Part shown: positions 1-9,518 of the stretch, in pieces
Layout of the letters: the number at the start of each line of letters is the position of its first letter
Numbering within the stretch: position 1 is the first letter of the stretch
DNA from: Bdellovibrionales bacterium
GTDB lineage: Bacteria > Bdellovibrionota > Bdellovibrionia > Bdellovibrionales > UBA1609
DNA length: 64,000 nucleotides
Assembly (NCBI GenBank): GCA_022450595.1
Contig: JAKUPT010000003.1
Coordinates: 18,339-82,338 of the forward strand
Direction of reading: 5' to 3'
Notes under the pieces: generated by a model
Seen by the model: the letters and a program-made list of their open reading frames with translations, nothing else
Database searches by the model: none
What the model was told of the DNA's origin: nothing
Program-made: the position numbers and the translations under genes

Positions 1-1514
1 GGAGCAATTTCTACTTAATGAAAATGAGTAACTCTTGGGAACATATTTTAAGAGGACGCTTAATCAAACACGTACTAGCCCTTCCAATAGCCTTTTTTGA
101 TAAAAACTCTTCTGGTCGAACAACTACTAGAGTCACTAATGACGTTAGTAGTTTTAGTGATTTATTAAAGCAAGGTCTTGGAGAATTTGGATTTAGTATT
201 ATAAGCATTGCTTCTCTAATTGTGTCTTTATTACTTATATCTGTGCCGATCACTTTATGCGTTTTAGCGGTGATGCCAATCATTTTTATTGTTGCATATG
301 TAATTTCAAAAAAATTAAGGGTTATTTTTTTAGATGTAAAAAGGTATTTGTCAGACATTAACTCTTTTTCAGCGGAGAGCTTTAGTGGATACAAAGTTAT
401 ACACCTGTTTAATATTCACCCTAAAATTGAAAAAGATTTCAATTCAAAAACTAAAAAACATAAAGACTCACAACTTGAATCTGTAAAGTGGTTTGCTCTA
501 CTTTGGCCACTTTTAGATTTTATGAGCAATATCTATATCATTATTGCTTTGAGTGTGGGCTACTACCTACATACAGAGTTTAACTTCTCAGCTGGAGAAC
601 TGTCAGCCTATATTCTTTTGTTGCAGCAGTTTTTTAAACCCATCAGACAGCTTCTTGAAAAATACACTATACTACAATCAAGCTTTGCGAGTACCGAAAG
701 AATTATCTCTTTGCTAGATGAGCCTGAGGAAAAAAGTTTTGCAAAAACAAATTATGTAAAAATGAATAAAGAAATTCTTGTTAAAAATTTAAATTTTGCT
801 TATGGCACAGAAGCTGTATTAAAAAACGTAAATCTCAAGATTCCAAAAGGCAAAACCATTGCCTTAGTTGGACGAACAGGTAGTGGCAAATCAACATTAG
901 TTAAACTTTTACAAAAACAATACCCCGTCGAAGATGATTGCATTTTTATTGATCAAACGGACATTAATAGTATTGACTCTCGCAGTCTAAGAAAAAACAT
1001 TGTAATGATTCAACAAGATGCTTTTTTATTTAAAGATACTTTAAAAAATAATATCACGCTTAAATCTGGTAGCGAACCATCTTTGGATTTTTTAAAATCT
1101 ACACAAGTCACTGAACTTGAAGCTTACAAATCAAAAGCTTTAGATTTTGAAATCGATGAGTATGGACAAAACTTAAGCTCTGGCGAAAAACAAATTATTA
1201 ACCTTGCACGCTCCGTCTATCACAGCCCTGATATTTTAATATTAGATGAAGCCACAGCTCACATAGATGTATTAATGGAACAAAAACTTCAAAGGGCCAT
1301 ACAGAACTTACCATCACATGTTACAAAAATTTACATAGCTCACAGGCTATCAACAATTAAACATGCAGATATTATTTATGTGTTAAAAGATGGTCAAGTT
1401 ACAGGCCATGGAAATCATGAAAGCCTTATGACCGATAATAGCTATTATCGGCAACTTGTTGAATCAAACGAGTTTATTCAAAAAAATAATGGCTCAAATG
1501 AAATTAGAATTTAA
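1..1514 (+). CDS. ABC exporter, fused permease-ATPase (MsbA/ABCB-like); 5' end cut by window edge
   Basis: The frame of ORF 18..1514 stays open to nt 3. The N-terminal part is TM-rich, followed by Walker A GRTGSGKST, ABC signature LSSGEKQ, Walker B ILILDEAT and H-loop IAHRLS. About 90-100 aa of a typical TMD appear to be missing. Confidence 0.9.
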   Translation, partial: SNFYLMKMSNSWEHILRGRLIKHVLALPIAFFDKNSSGRTTTRVTNDVSSFSDLLKQGLGEFGFSIISIASLIVSLLLISVPITLCVLAVMPIIFIVAYVISKKLRVIFLDVKRYLSDINSFSAESFSGYKVIHLFNIHPKIEKDFNSKTKKHKDSQLESVKWFALLWPLLDFMSNIYIIIALSVGYYLHTEFNFSAGELSAYILLLQQFFKPIRQLLEKYTILQSSFASTERIISLLDEPEEKSFAKTNYVKMNKEILVKNLNFAYGTEAVLKNVNLKIPKGKTIALVGRTGSGKSTLVKLLQKQYPVEDDCIFIDQTDINSIDSRSLRKNIVMIQQDAFLFKDTLKNNITLKSGSEPSLDFLKSTQVTELEAYKSKALDFEIDEYGQNLSSGEKQIINLARSVYHSPDILILDEATAHIDVLMEQKLQRAIQNLPSHVTKIYIAHRLSTIKHADIIYVLKDGQVTGHGNHESLMTDNSYYRQLVESNEFIQKNNGSNEIRI

Positions 1515-1655
1515 CTACTCTGACCAACAACTACCAATCAACAATCCTGATTTATTTTTAACTTGTTGATTTAAGGTAGTTGTTAAGTTTTGAATTTCAT
1601 CAATAGGTGTAGCATATGCAAAGTTTAAAAATAGAATCAATAATAATTGAATCAT
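1515..1655 (-). CDS. Possible small secreted peptide (46 aa), below the ORF-track size cut-off
   Basis: Hand translation gives MIQLLLILFLNFAYATPIDEIQNLTTTLNQQVKNKSGLLIGSCWSE*. The N-terminus looks like a signal peptide with an AYA-T cleavage-like site. A strong SD (GGGGGAGGGG) ends about 4-5 nt upstream of the ATG at 1655. Confidence 0.3.
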   Translation of the reverse strand: MIQLLLILFLNFAYATPIDEIQNLTTTLNQQVKNKSGLLIGSCWSE

Positions 1656-1736
1656 AATCCCCTCCCCCGGTAATGCTTTTAATCATTACCGAAAGGGGGT
1701 TGTAAAGTAAAAAGTCGTATTCAAATCAATATCTCA

Positions 1737-2741
1737 TTAAAAAAAGCTTTTATTTTTAGTTTGAGGCAGTCTTGGCATGGTTTGCTCTGGAAACTCACCT
1801 GTAAGAGTGTTTAAAAAAACCACTATGTCTTCAATTTGCTTCTTTGTAAGCTCTTTATTTAATTGAAGTTTTGCCATGACTCTGACGGCCTCATCTAGGG
1901 TTTTAACAGCTCCGTTATGAAAATAGGGTGCAGTAACAGCAATGTTTCTTAATGTTGGGACTCTAAACATATACTTGTCACTATCTTGTTTTGTGACTTC
2001 AAAACGCCCTTTGTCTTTTTGAAAATTATATTGCTTTTCAATTTTGGCATCAGCAAAGGTAGGAAACTTCATATAAAAGCCTGTACCCTCTGGCAAATTA
2101 GGGCCAGCAAAGTTAACACCATTATGACAAGAGTTACACCCTACTTCTTTAAAGGTGTTAAAGCCTCGCTTTTCCTGAGCGTTAAATATTTTCTTATTCC
2201 CTTTTATATATTTATCAAACTTACTGTTTGGAGTGATTAAAGTTCTTTCGTAGGTGGCTATAGCCTTAGCTACATGATCAATATTAAAATTTTTAGTCTT
2301 AAAGACATTTTTAAACTGCTCAACATAACCAGGTATTTGTTTAATTCGACTAATAACAACTTTATGATTTTCCATGGCCATTTCCACAGGGTTGGTTAGT
2401 GGCCCCTTGGCTTGCTCTTCTAAACTTTTTGCTCGCCCATCCCAGAACTGCACACTTAAAAAAGCAGAGTTCCATACCGTCGGAGCACTTCTGCCTCCTA
2501 GTTTACCGCCAACACCGGCACTTAAGGGGCGCTGATCGTCCCCTCCAGCCATAACGTTGTGACAAGAGTTACAAGAGATGGTCCCATCTGTGGACAGTCT
2601 TGGATCAAAATACAGCTGTTTTCCAAGCTCAACTTTTTCCTTAGTCATTGGATTATCTTTGGGAACAGGAGCTTTCTCTGGAAGTGCTTCTTGAGCAGAA
2701 AGGCTTATTGAAAATATTAAATTCAAAAGTAAAGTAAACAT
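1737..2741 (-). CDS. ccp: Di-haem cytochrome c peroxidase (CCP/MauG family), periplasmic
   Basis: Signal peptide, two CxxCH haem motifs (both CNSCH), and conserved CCP blocks such as PTLRNIAVTAPYFHNG. Confidence 0.92.
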   Translation of the reverse strand: MFTLLLNLIFSISLSAQEALPEKAPVPKDNPMTKEKVELGKQLYFDPRLSTDGTISCNSCHNVMAGGDDQRPLSAGVGGKLGGRSAPTVWNSAFLSVQFWDGRAKSLEEQAKGPLTNPVEMAMENHKVVISRIKQIPGYVEQFKNVFKTKNFNIDHVAKAIATYERTLITPNSKFDKYIKGNKKIFNAQEKRGFNTFKEVGCNSCHNGVNFAGPNLPEGTGFYMKFPTFADAKIEKQYNFQKDKGRFEVTKQDSDKYMFRVPTLRNIAVTAPYFHNGAVKTLDEAVRVMAKLQLNKELTKKQIEDIVVFLNTLTGEFPEQTMPRLPQTKNKSFF

Positions 2742-2780
2742 AAATTCTCTCCATTAAACTGTTACTACTCTTATTTTCAC

Positions 2781-2810
2781 AAAAAAAGCCCTTGGTATCA
2801 ACCAAAGGCT
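2781..2810 (-). terminator. Rho-independent terminator after the last gene of the gliding operon
   Basis: Minus strand reads AGCCTTTGG-TTGATA-CCAAGGGCT (8/9 bp stem) followed by TTTTTTT. Confidence 0.6.
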
Positions 2811-2837
2811 TTTATGCTTAATGGGGATTTATAAAAA

Positions 2838-3482
2838 TTACTTTAAATTATCGTAACGCTCATAAAGAGCTTCAGCAGTTTTGTGCTCTTTTTTCCATTT
2901 TTCAGCTTGCTCTTTATATGAAGAGGTCTTTTTGTCCCATTCTTGCTTTTCTTTTTGTATTTGAGTGATTTTTTGATCGATTGTTTTATAAAGCTCATCT
3001 AAGTTTTTCATTTGATTAGCCCATTCCTGCTTTTCTTTCTCAATCTCATTGAGCTTTTTATCATAAGCCGCAATGTTCATTTCACGCTTTTTCTTGTTAT
3101 TTTCTAGCTGAAATAAAACATCTTTGAGTTTTTTAATTTCAGCTAAATCACTATTAAGTTTTTCTTGCTCATTTTTTTTATACTCAACAATTTTTAGGCG
3201 CATTTTTTCAATGGCCTCTTTGTTCTTATCAACATTTTGACTACTTTTACCAAGGTCTTTTTTCTGTTGTTTTAAGTTATCTATAGCCTTAGATGTTTGC
3301 TCTTTGTTGTCTTTTGCTATATCCAGATTTTTTTTATATTCATTATAGTTATGTAAGCTGTTATCAACATTTGTTTTTAACTGCTCCATATCTACATCAA
3401 TTTTTACTTCTTTTGCATTTAACTGCAAACAAGCAAAAACAATCGTAAGTGTGTAAATTATTAATTTCATTTTATCCCCCAT
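2838..3482 (-). CDS. Secreted coiled-coil protein, last gene of the Glt-like operon
   Basis: Signal peptide, then a Lys/Glu/Gln-rich heptad-like sequence throughout. Its start overlaps the upstream stop by 1 nt. Confidence 0.75.
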   Translation of the reverse strand: MGDKMKLIIYTLTIVFACLQLNAKEVKIDVDMEQLKTNVDNSLHNYNEYKKNLDIAKDNKEQTSKAIDNLKQQKKDLGKSSQNVDKNKEAIEKMRLKIVEYKKNEQEKLNSDLAEIKKLKDVLFQLENNKKKREMNIAAYDKKLNEIEKEKQEWANQMKNLDELYKTIDQKITQIQKEKQEWDKKTSSYKEQAEKWKKEHKTAEALYERYDNLK

Positions 3483-6016
3483 TAGTTTGCTCTTGTATTC
3501 TTAATTTGAAGCGGCACACTTTTATCTGTTTGTGGACAGTTATTTTTAAGCTGAGATCTATAATTGCCTATCTCATCTTCCCAATACTCACCTGTCACAC
3601 TCCAGCTAAGTGTTTTTTTAGGTTTATACGACGAAGGTAAACGCTTTTCAGTTTTTGTCGTGTCTCCTCCTGCAAGACGAAACCTAATGTTCTCACCACT
3701 ATTTGCAAGCACTTCATAACGAAGTAACTCATTATTATCTATAAGCTTAGCTAGTGTTTGCTTAATATCATTTAAATTGTTTTTAAGCGCTCTACCTGCA
3801 GCCACTCTGAACTGTGATTTTTCTTTTTCAAGCCTAGCAATACCCGACTTCTTCATACTTCTAAATGACTTTCTACCAGCTTTATAAACAGCAATTTGAT
3901 AACCAAGAACATCCGATAAGTGGTTTTCAAAATTTCGTTTTGCAATGTAAGTATTTAGGTTCTTTGCTAGAGATTTATCTTTTTTAGCCTTTTCAATTCT
4001 ATATGCGTACTGTTTAGCTCTTTTATTGGCTTGTTTTTGTCTCCAAATTAAAGAATTAATATCTTTTGAAATTAAACGCTCGATAAAAGCATATTGTTCG
4101 GCCTCATCCACTTTTTGATTAATAGCTTCTTGATGATTTAAAAAATTCCTTTTACGTGCAATTTCTCGAATCACTTGATATGGCAGCCCGTCAACATTAT
4201 TGGAGCTTTTACCTCTTAAGTAATTACTTAATGTCTTATAATAGCTTGTAAAGCTTTTAGTCTTATCCACATAGGATTTAACATCCTTATACCAAGGCTC
4301 ATAAAGCTGTTCCATTAAGTTCAATGTTTGATAAGCATCTCCATATTGGCAAATATTTAAATACCCTATTGTTCTGACCACATAGGACTCTGGCTTATAA
4401 ACAGATTTAAAATAAGGAGAATGCAGTGAGTACATGTTACCTATGGCACCCGATGGATCATCCATTAATAATTGACTCCAAGCTTGCTCAGTCAAACCTT
4501 CAACCCAAAACGGACTACTTTTGGAAACTTTTAAATACTCAACAGTTGAGTCTTTGTATTTCCCCATTTGGAATAACATTCTTCCTAAGTTTATAGAAAT
4601 TAATGATTCAAGCTCTTTATCAAAAACTTTGTTATTGGCAATATACTTTCTTAAGGATCTAAGTGTACTTATCGAAGATTTAAGATCATTAGAGGCATAT
4701 TCAGCAACAGATAATATAAACTGTGCTCTTGGATAGTGCTTAGATGATTTAGACACCTTTTTTGCATAGGTTTTAGCATAGCTAAAGGCTCTATCGGTAG
4801 ACATCCCCTTAGCAATCACATAGTGAGCATTATCTAAAGCTTTTTGTGGAATTAGTTCTCTGTTTTTTAAGTTTAATAAGGCTTTTGCCACTCGCTCTTC
4901 GTACTCAGCCGGTAAGTGTGAAACCACAACTTCAATGGCTTTTGGCGTAATTACTGGATCTTCTTTTTGAATAACCTTTATTAATCGGCTCACTGACTCA
5001 GAGTAAAAGCCCATTTCATGAGCACAGATACCTAATAAGTAGTTGGCTTGTTGAGAGTATTCTTTCACTGTTGAAAGATCATCAAAAAGACCTGCTACAA
5101 CATGACAAGTTTCACCTTTGGCATATATCATTAAAGCCGTTAACATTTTTAAGTGGTTACGATCAAACTCAACATATTGTTTCTCTTCGACTTTTTTATC
5201 TTCATTGTAGTTTGGCAATGCTTTATCAATTGTAGCAAAACTAACAATTTGATCTAAACCTATCTGTTGTCGTTTAACGTCTATGTGATCTTTAATAAAA
5301 TTAATTTTTTTATTTGTCCAATAAGTGATTTTAGAGGAATCCATTTTTTTAGGCTCTGGAAGTTTCTTTGCCGTTTTGTAAATAGCCTCCATTGTTTTTA
5401 TTTCTGCTATTTGAAAACTATTTGGACTTAATTTAGGCTCTCTACCTATATCAAGCTTTGGAAGATTTTTAACCTTCACTTTAACTGTTTTAGTCTTACC
5501 ATCTTTAGCTTTTTGTTGTTTTTCTTCATATAAGTCAGCAACAGGTACACCGGCTGTATCTTTTTTAAGATTAGGGTCAGCTTTTACACCTTGGTCCAGC
5601 ACTTTAAGGGCTTTTGCTGATTTAGCTGAATCTAGTGCTTTTTTAATCGAAGTACCCATCTCTTTTTGGGTAGTTGTATTGTATTCCGGTAAGTCCTTAG
5701 CAATGCTTTGAATTTGTTTTCTTGTTTCTTGAGCCTCTTTAATTTGCTGTTCTTCTTCTTTGGTTCTATTCACTATTTCACTAACTTTAGTGTTAGGTCT
5801 AATAGGCTCACCAGTCATTTCACTGACTTTTTCTTGTGTGTACTGCTTAGCTTTATTCCAAAAATTCAAGACAGCAGACTTAGCTTCTTCGACTTTTTGT
5901 TGTAATTGCTCTTGATTCACAATAGAGTTTTCAACACTTTGTGAATCTGGCACTGCCATTTTTGCAGATACATTTAAACTCAAAATTAAAATTGCTAATA
6001 GAGTTATGTATTTCAT
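3482..6016 (-). CDS. Periplasmic/secreted 844-aa protein with a charged N-terminal region and a TPR-like helical-repeat body; Glt-cluster associated (possible GltC-type analogue)
   Basis: Signal peptide MKYITLLAILILSLNVSA and a long uninterrupted ORF in operon context. Functional assignment rests on context only. Confidence 0.8.
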   Translation of the reverse strand: MKYITLLAILILSLNVSAKMAVPDSQSVENSIVNQEQLQQKVEEAKSAVLNFWNKAKQYTQEKVSEMTGEPIRPNTKVSEIVNRTKEEEQQIKEAQETRKQIQSIAKDLPEYNTTTQKEMGTSIKKALDSAKSAKALKVLDQGVKADPNLKKDTAGVPVADLYEEKQQKAKDGKTKTVKVKVKNLPKLDIGREPKLSPNSFQIAEIKTMEAIYKTAKKLPEPKKMDSSKITYWTNKKINFIKDHIDVKRQQIGLDQIVSFATIDKALPNYNEDKKVEEKQYVEFDRNHLKMLTALMIYAKGETCHVVAGLFDDLSTVKEYSQQANYLLGICAHEMGFYSESVSRLIKVIQKEDPVITPKAIEVVVSHLPAEYEERVAKALLNLKNRELIPQKALDNAHYVIAKGMSTDRAFSYAKTYAKKVSKSSKHYPRAQFILSVAEYASNDLKSSISTLRSLRKYIANNKVFDKELESLISINLGRMLFQMGKYKDSTVEYLKVSKSSPFWVEGLTEQAWSQLLMDDPSGAIGNMYSLHSPYFKSVYKPESYVVRTIGYLNICQYGDAYQTLNLMEQLYEPWYKDVKSYVDKTKSFTSYYKTLSNYLRGKSSNNVDGLPYQVIREIARKRNFLNHQEAINQKVDEAEQYAFIERLISKDINSLIWRQKQANKRAKQYAYRIEKAKKDKSLAKNLNTYIAKRNFENHLSDVLGYQIAVYKAGRKSFRSMKKSGIARLEKEKSQFRVAAGRALKNNLNDIKQTLAKLIDNNELLRYEVLANSGENIRFRLAGGDTTKTEKRLPSSYKPKKTLSWSVTGEYWEDEIGNYRSQLKNNCPQTDKSVPLQIKNTRAN

Positions 6017-6040
6017 AACTCCCCCCTTTATAATTGCTAG

Positions 6041-6862
6041 TTAGTCAAAAAACAGTGTTGCACCAACTAAAAATACTGTTGCTTGTGTTGTTTGATCTTT
6101 AATTTTTTCACCCGTACGGTAGTTAAGCAGCTCTTCACTATAAAATCTGTTTCTAATATCCGCTCGTAAAGCTAGGTATTTATTTAAAAACAAATACTGA
6201 GTGATATCTAAACCTAAAGTAATTGATGTCTTGGATTTAGTACTTCCCAACTCAGGACGTAATTGTTGGTCATATGAAACAACACCAATTGTTGGTGTAA
6301 TTGCCATATCAAAGTATAAAATTTTACGGTCTAAAAAGCTTACCTTTGCGTATATTGGAACAAAATTATAACCAATTCCAATATAACTCGTGGTTTTTCC
6401 ATGATCTGGCGTAATACCTGAGCCACTTGCTATGGTTTCTTTAAAGGCTGTAGTTGTTTGGTTGTCTTTCATATCAGAGTGAATATAAGTAAATTCCACA
6501 CCATGACGTTCTGAAAAGAAGTAGTTTGCAGTTAATGAAAGATCAATACCCTCACTAAAGTTATCATTAATTACAGGACCCGCTAATAATGAAATCCCAA
6601 TTTTTTTATCTTTAGTAAAAGTTCTATTTTGAACGACTGTAAAATCAGTGTCTTTAGGAGCCCAATACTTTTGCTCAAGTCCACTAATATCCAACTTTTC
6701 AGAGTCTTTCTTTTTTGTATCCTCTTTTTTGTTAGATGGAGCTGCTGGTTTTGCAACCTTTTTTTCTTGTCTTTGGTATTTAGATGATTGAGCCCAAGAC
6801 TCAAAACTAAACATTAATAATACCGTTAATAATAGTGGCTTCATGATTTCTCCCCTCATCAC
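6041..6862 (-). CDS. Outer-membrane beta-barrel protein (GltH-like position)
   Basis: Signal peptide (probable start at MKPLLL, about 6844), alternating amphipathic beta-strand pattern, and a C-terminal VGATLFFD. There is a 4-nt overlap with the upstream gene. Confidence 0.8.
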   Translation of the reverse strand: MMRGEIMKPLLLTVLLMFSFESWAQSSKYQRQEKKVAKPAAPSNKKEDTKKKDSEKLDISGLEQKYWAPKDTDFTVVQNRTFTKDKKIGISLLAGPVINDNFSEGIDLSLTANYFFSERHGVEFTYIHSDMKDNQTTTAFKETIASGSGITPDHGKTTSYIGIGYNFVPIYAKVSFLDRKILYFDMAITPTIGVVSYDQQLRPELGSTKSKTSITLGLDITQYLFLNKYLALRADIRNRFYSEELLNYRTGEKIKDQTTQATVFLVGATLFFD

Positions 6863-8358
6863 TGTAAACTCCTAAACATAAAAGGATATTTGACAACCAC
6901 TGACGTACCACCTTCTGGTGTAGGAAATCTCCAACCAGAAATTCTTCTTAAAATACAACCCTCCACCAAACTATTTTTTAGTGTTGTGGAAGAGATTTGT
7001 TGTGCACCGACTTTACCATTTCCAGAGATTGTGAAATTAACAATCACTTTACCGTACAAATCAGGCTGTGCACTTAACTGCCTTTCATAACAATATCTGA
7101 TTTGTCCTAAATAACCTTGAATGGTCTGAGCAATGACTTCCCTGGCTAAGCCACCTCTAACTTCAGTTTCTTCTTCAACTATACCGACATTAGCTGTACC
7201 AACTCCTCCAGCACTTAAAGAGCCTGAGCCTCTTAGACTCCCAGAAGCTCCAGTGCCTTTACCAACAGTTGCTACACCACCTATTTTAAACTGTTCACCT
7301 TTTTTGGCTTTAACATCACCCACAGATGCTTTTCCAACACTTGCAAGAGCACGACCCGAGGCTTTAGAACCAGCTTTATTTCCTAGTGCTTCGATGTTTA
7401 CCGAGTTTTTATTATTTCTTTTAGCAATTTTACCAATTAACTTACTAAGTCCTGCTTTTTTCAAGCTCTTAGAAACATTCACCATAGCTTTACTTTTTGG
7501 AATATTTTTAGAAACAGTAGTTTTACCACTGGCTTGAGAAGGCTTTGGTGTTGGTGAAGACTTCGCAATTTGTTTAATAATTTTATTAGCCTTAGCCTTT
7601 TGTTTTTTTGTAGATTGAGCATCATAGATTATTTTAGTGTATTTATTCATTTTTATTTCTGATTGCTCAAGTTTATTTTCTTCTACACCAGGCTTAAATA
7701 TTAATAATGCAAAAAGTAATGCCACCGCACCAAAGGATGACAATAGTGGAACTTTAAAGTTTGGGTCCCACAATGTTTGGACTTTTTCAGGTAATGAATC
7801 TTCTGTATTTTTACTTTTTATAATTCTTTGTTGTATAACAAACTCACCATAATCAGAATATACCCAGTTGTCGTTTTCTGGAGGATTTAAATAAATTTTG
7901 TCTTTACCAAAGTAAAATTGATACTTCTCTTTTGCTTTTAAAAGTTTTGTGTGGGTTACATATCCTTGCTTGCGAACAATGACTTGATGATACTTTTGGC
8001 CTTCATTAGTTAGAGGCTTAGTTTCATCGGTAAAAATCTCACTATGCGTGTCATGTGGATACATTTTTAGCGTATGTTGACCAATATGAATAGCTGATGG
8101 ACTTGAAACAGTATATTCAACAATATTGGATTTTTTAACCCATGTTCCAGTTTCACTTCCAAGATCAGACACAACCCAGCTATTCTCTCTACATTCAATG
8201 CTACAGTGTAAAGTATTTATTTCTTCACCAAGAAGACGAATAGATGCATTCCGAGCGGACCCAACTGTTATCAGCTCCTGCTCATGGGGTTTAAACTTAT
8301 GTCTTCCGACAAAGCGACCTCTATATAAATGTTCTACTTCTAGTTCTATCTTACGCAT
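6859..8358 (-). CDS. FHA-domain / single TM / low-complexity linker / TonB-C-like protein (GltG/PglI-like)
   Basis: N-terminal FHA-like segment (ITVGSARNASIRLLGEEINTLHCSIE...WVVSDLGSETGTWV), a TM helix (LLSSFGAVALLFALLIF), an Ala/Lys/Gly/Ser-rich linker, and a C-terminal TonB_C-like segment (GKVIVNFTISGNGKV...GGTSVVVKYPFMF). Confidence 0.85.
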   Translation of the reverse strand: MRKIELEVEHLYRGRFVGRHKFKPHEQELITVGSARNASIRLLGEEINTLHCSIECRENSWVVSDLGSETGTWVKKSNIVEYTVSSPSAIHIGQHTLKMYPHDTHSEIFTDETKPLTNEGQKYHQVIVRKQGYVTHTKLLKAKEKYQFYFGKDKIYLNPPENDNWVYSDYGEFVIQQRIIKSKNTEDSLPEKVQTLWDPNFKVPLLSSFGAVALLFALLIFKPGVEENKLEQSEIKMNKYTKIIYDAQSTKKQKAKANKIIKQIAKSSPTPKPSQASGKTTVSKNIPKSKAMVNVSKSLKKAGLSKLIGKIAKRNNKNSVNIEALGNKAGSKASGRALASVGKASVGDVKAKKGEQFKIGGVATVGKGTGASGSLRGSGSLSAGGVGTANVGIVEEETEVRGGLAREVIAQTIQGYLGQIRYCYERQLSAQPDLYGKVIVNFTISGNGKVGAQQISSTTLKNSLVEGCILRRISGWRFPTPEGGTSVVVKYPFMFRSLQ

Positions 8359-8361
8359 GTT

Positions 8362-8601
8362 CTACCTCAGGAAATCAACTGAACTTTTAATTTCATCATC
8401 AAATTTTTTACGCACTTTATATAAAGGCATAAACTTCATTCCTTTTTTTTGCATCAAGTATGCTCCGTCAGGATTTCTAGCAACACCATCAATACTAGAC
8501 TCATCAAAGCTAACTTCTTGCTTCTTACGATACTTAACCTTTTTAGCTTCAACTGATTGAACTCCAAATAAAATCGATAAAATTATTAATCGGACTATCA
8601 T
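8362..8601 (-). CDS. Small secreted protein (GltF-like position)
   Basis: 79 aa with a signal peptide. Both neighbours are translationally coupled (a 4-nt overlap upstream). Confidence 0.65.
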   Translation of the reverse strand: MIVRLIILSILFGVQSVEAKKVKYRKKQEVSFDESSIDGVARNPDGAYLMQKKGMKFMPLYKVRKKFDDEIKSSVDFLR

Positions 8602-9518
8602 TGCTGTCCTCCTTTATTATCAGTTGAGCTTACATCTCTTTTTGCAGCTTCAAGCTGAGCTATTTTTTTATCAAATTGATCAATTTTCATTTTGAAATGT
8701 TCTTTTTTATGGCTGTATTTAGTATTTGATTGAGACATTTTGTATAAGTCTTTATACATATTCAGAGCCTCTTTAACTGTATCTTCTGTAGCCTCTAAGG
8801 ACTCAGCATACATTAACATTAGATCAAAATTATTTTTTTTGACTGACAGTGATTTTTTAAGAAACGGCTGTGCCTGTTTCATTTTATTTAATCGGTATAA
8901 GGACTCTGCCATACCTAATACGACATTTTTATTTGAAATGCCTTTTTTATTTAAGTAGTCGTAGTGACTTAGAGCTTTGCTGTACTCAGATTCTGATAAG
9001 TAAATGTTTGCTAAAAAGAAGTGTGCACTTTTAATACGATTGTCTAACTCTAAAGATTTTTGTGTTAGACTAATAGCTTCAACCTTATTTCCTTGAGACC
9101 AGTGAATTCTAGCTTTTTGATAATAAAGCATGCCAAAATTAGGTGTCTTTTTTAAAGCGAGATCAATCAACCAATGAGCTTTATCAAAGTTACTTCTTTG
9201 CTCTTCATAAAGACTTAAATAGTATGGTCCCCACGGCGATAATGGAGCCATGATGGACAGCTTATCTGCTACCAAGTTTAATGTACTCCACGACCTGTCT
9301 TTGACACAGTCATTGGCCATTTCAAGCATTGTATTCCAATCTTTATCTTTTAAATCAGTTTTATTCTTAGGACAACTTGCAGAGAATAAACCTCCAGATT
9401 CCTCAATGGATTCTGCGTTAATATTTTTAACGTAGAACTCGGATTTTTCATTGGTCTTTGTACTTGTACTTACACAACCAACGAGGGGTAGTAATAGTAG
9501 TATAATTAAATATTTCAT
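8598..9518 (-). CDS. TPR-repeat lipoprotein (GltE/AglT-like position)
   Basis: Lipobox LPLVGC followed by TPR-like repeats (e.g. AHWLIDLALKKTPNFGMLYYQKARIHWSQGNKVEAISL). 4-nt overlaps on both sides. Confidence 0.8.
   Translation of the reverse strand: MKYLIILLLLPLVGCVSTSTKTNEKSEFYVKNINAESIEESGGLFSASCPKNKTDLKDKDWNTMLEMANDCVKDRSWSTLNLVADKLSIMAPLSPWGPYYLSLYEEQRSNFDKAHWLIDLALKKTPNFGMLYYQKARIHWSQGNKVEAISLTQKSLELDNRIKSAHFFLANIYLSESEYSKALSHYDYLNKKGISNKNVVLGMAESLYRLNKMKQAQPFLKKSLSVKKNNFDLMLMYAESLEATEDTVKEALNMYKDLYKMSQSNTKYSHKKEHFKMKIDQFDKKIAQLEAAKRDVSSTDNKGGQQ

Noticed and set aside
11-394. 127-aa minus-strand ORF at the window start. Other long antisense ORFs include 8126..8560, 14722..15108, 26705..27106, 40721..41059, 49529..49846 and 50563..50859.
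   Set aside because: All lie entirely inside longer ORFs on the opposite strand that carry recognisable domains. They are typical shadow ORFs.
7133-7537. 134-aa Pro/Ala/Leu-rich plus-strand ORF, and similar ORFs at 6890..7090 and 7637..7852.
   Set aside because: They are antisense shadows of the Ala/Gly/Lys/Ser-rich low-complexity linker of the FHA/TonB_C gene. They have no start context, and the minus-strand frame has clear domain content.
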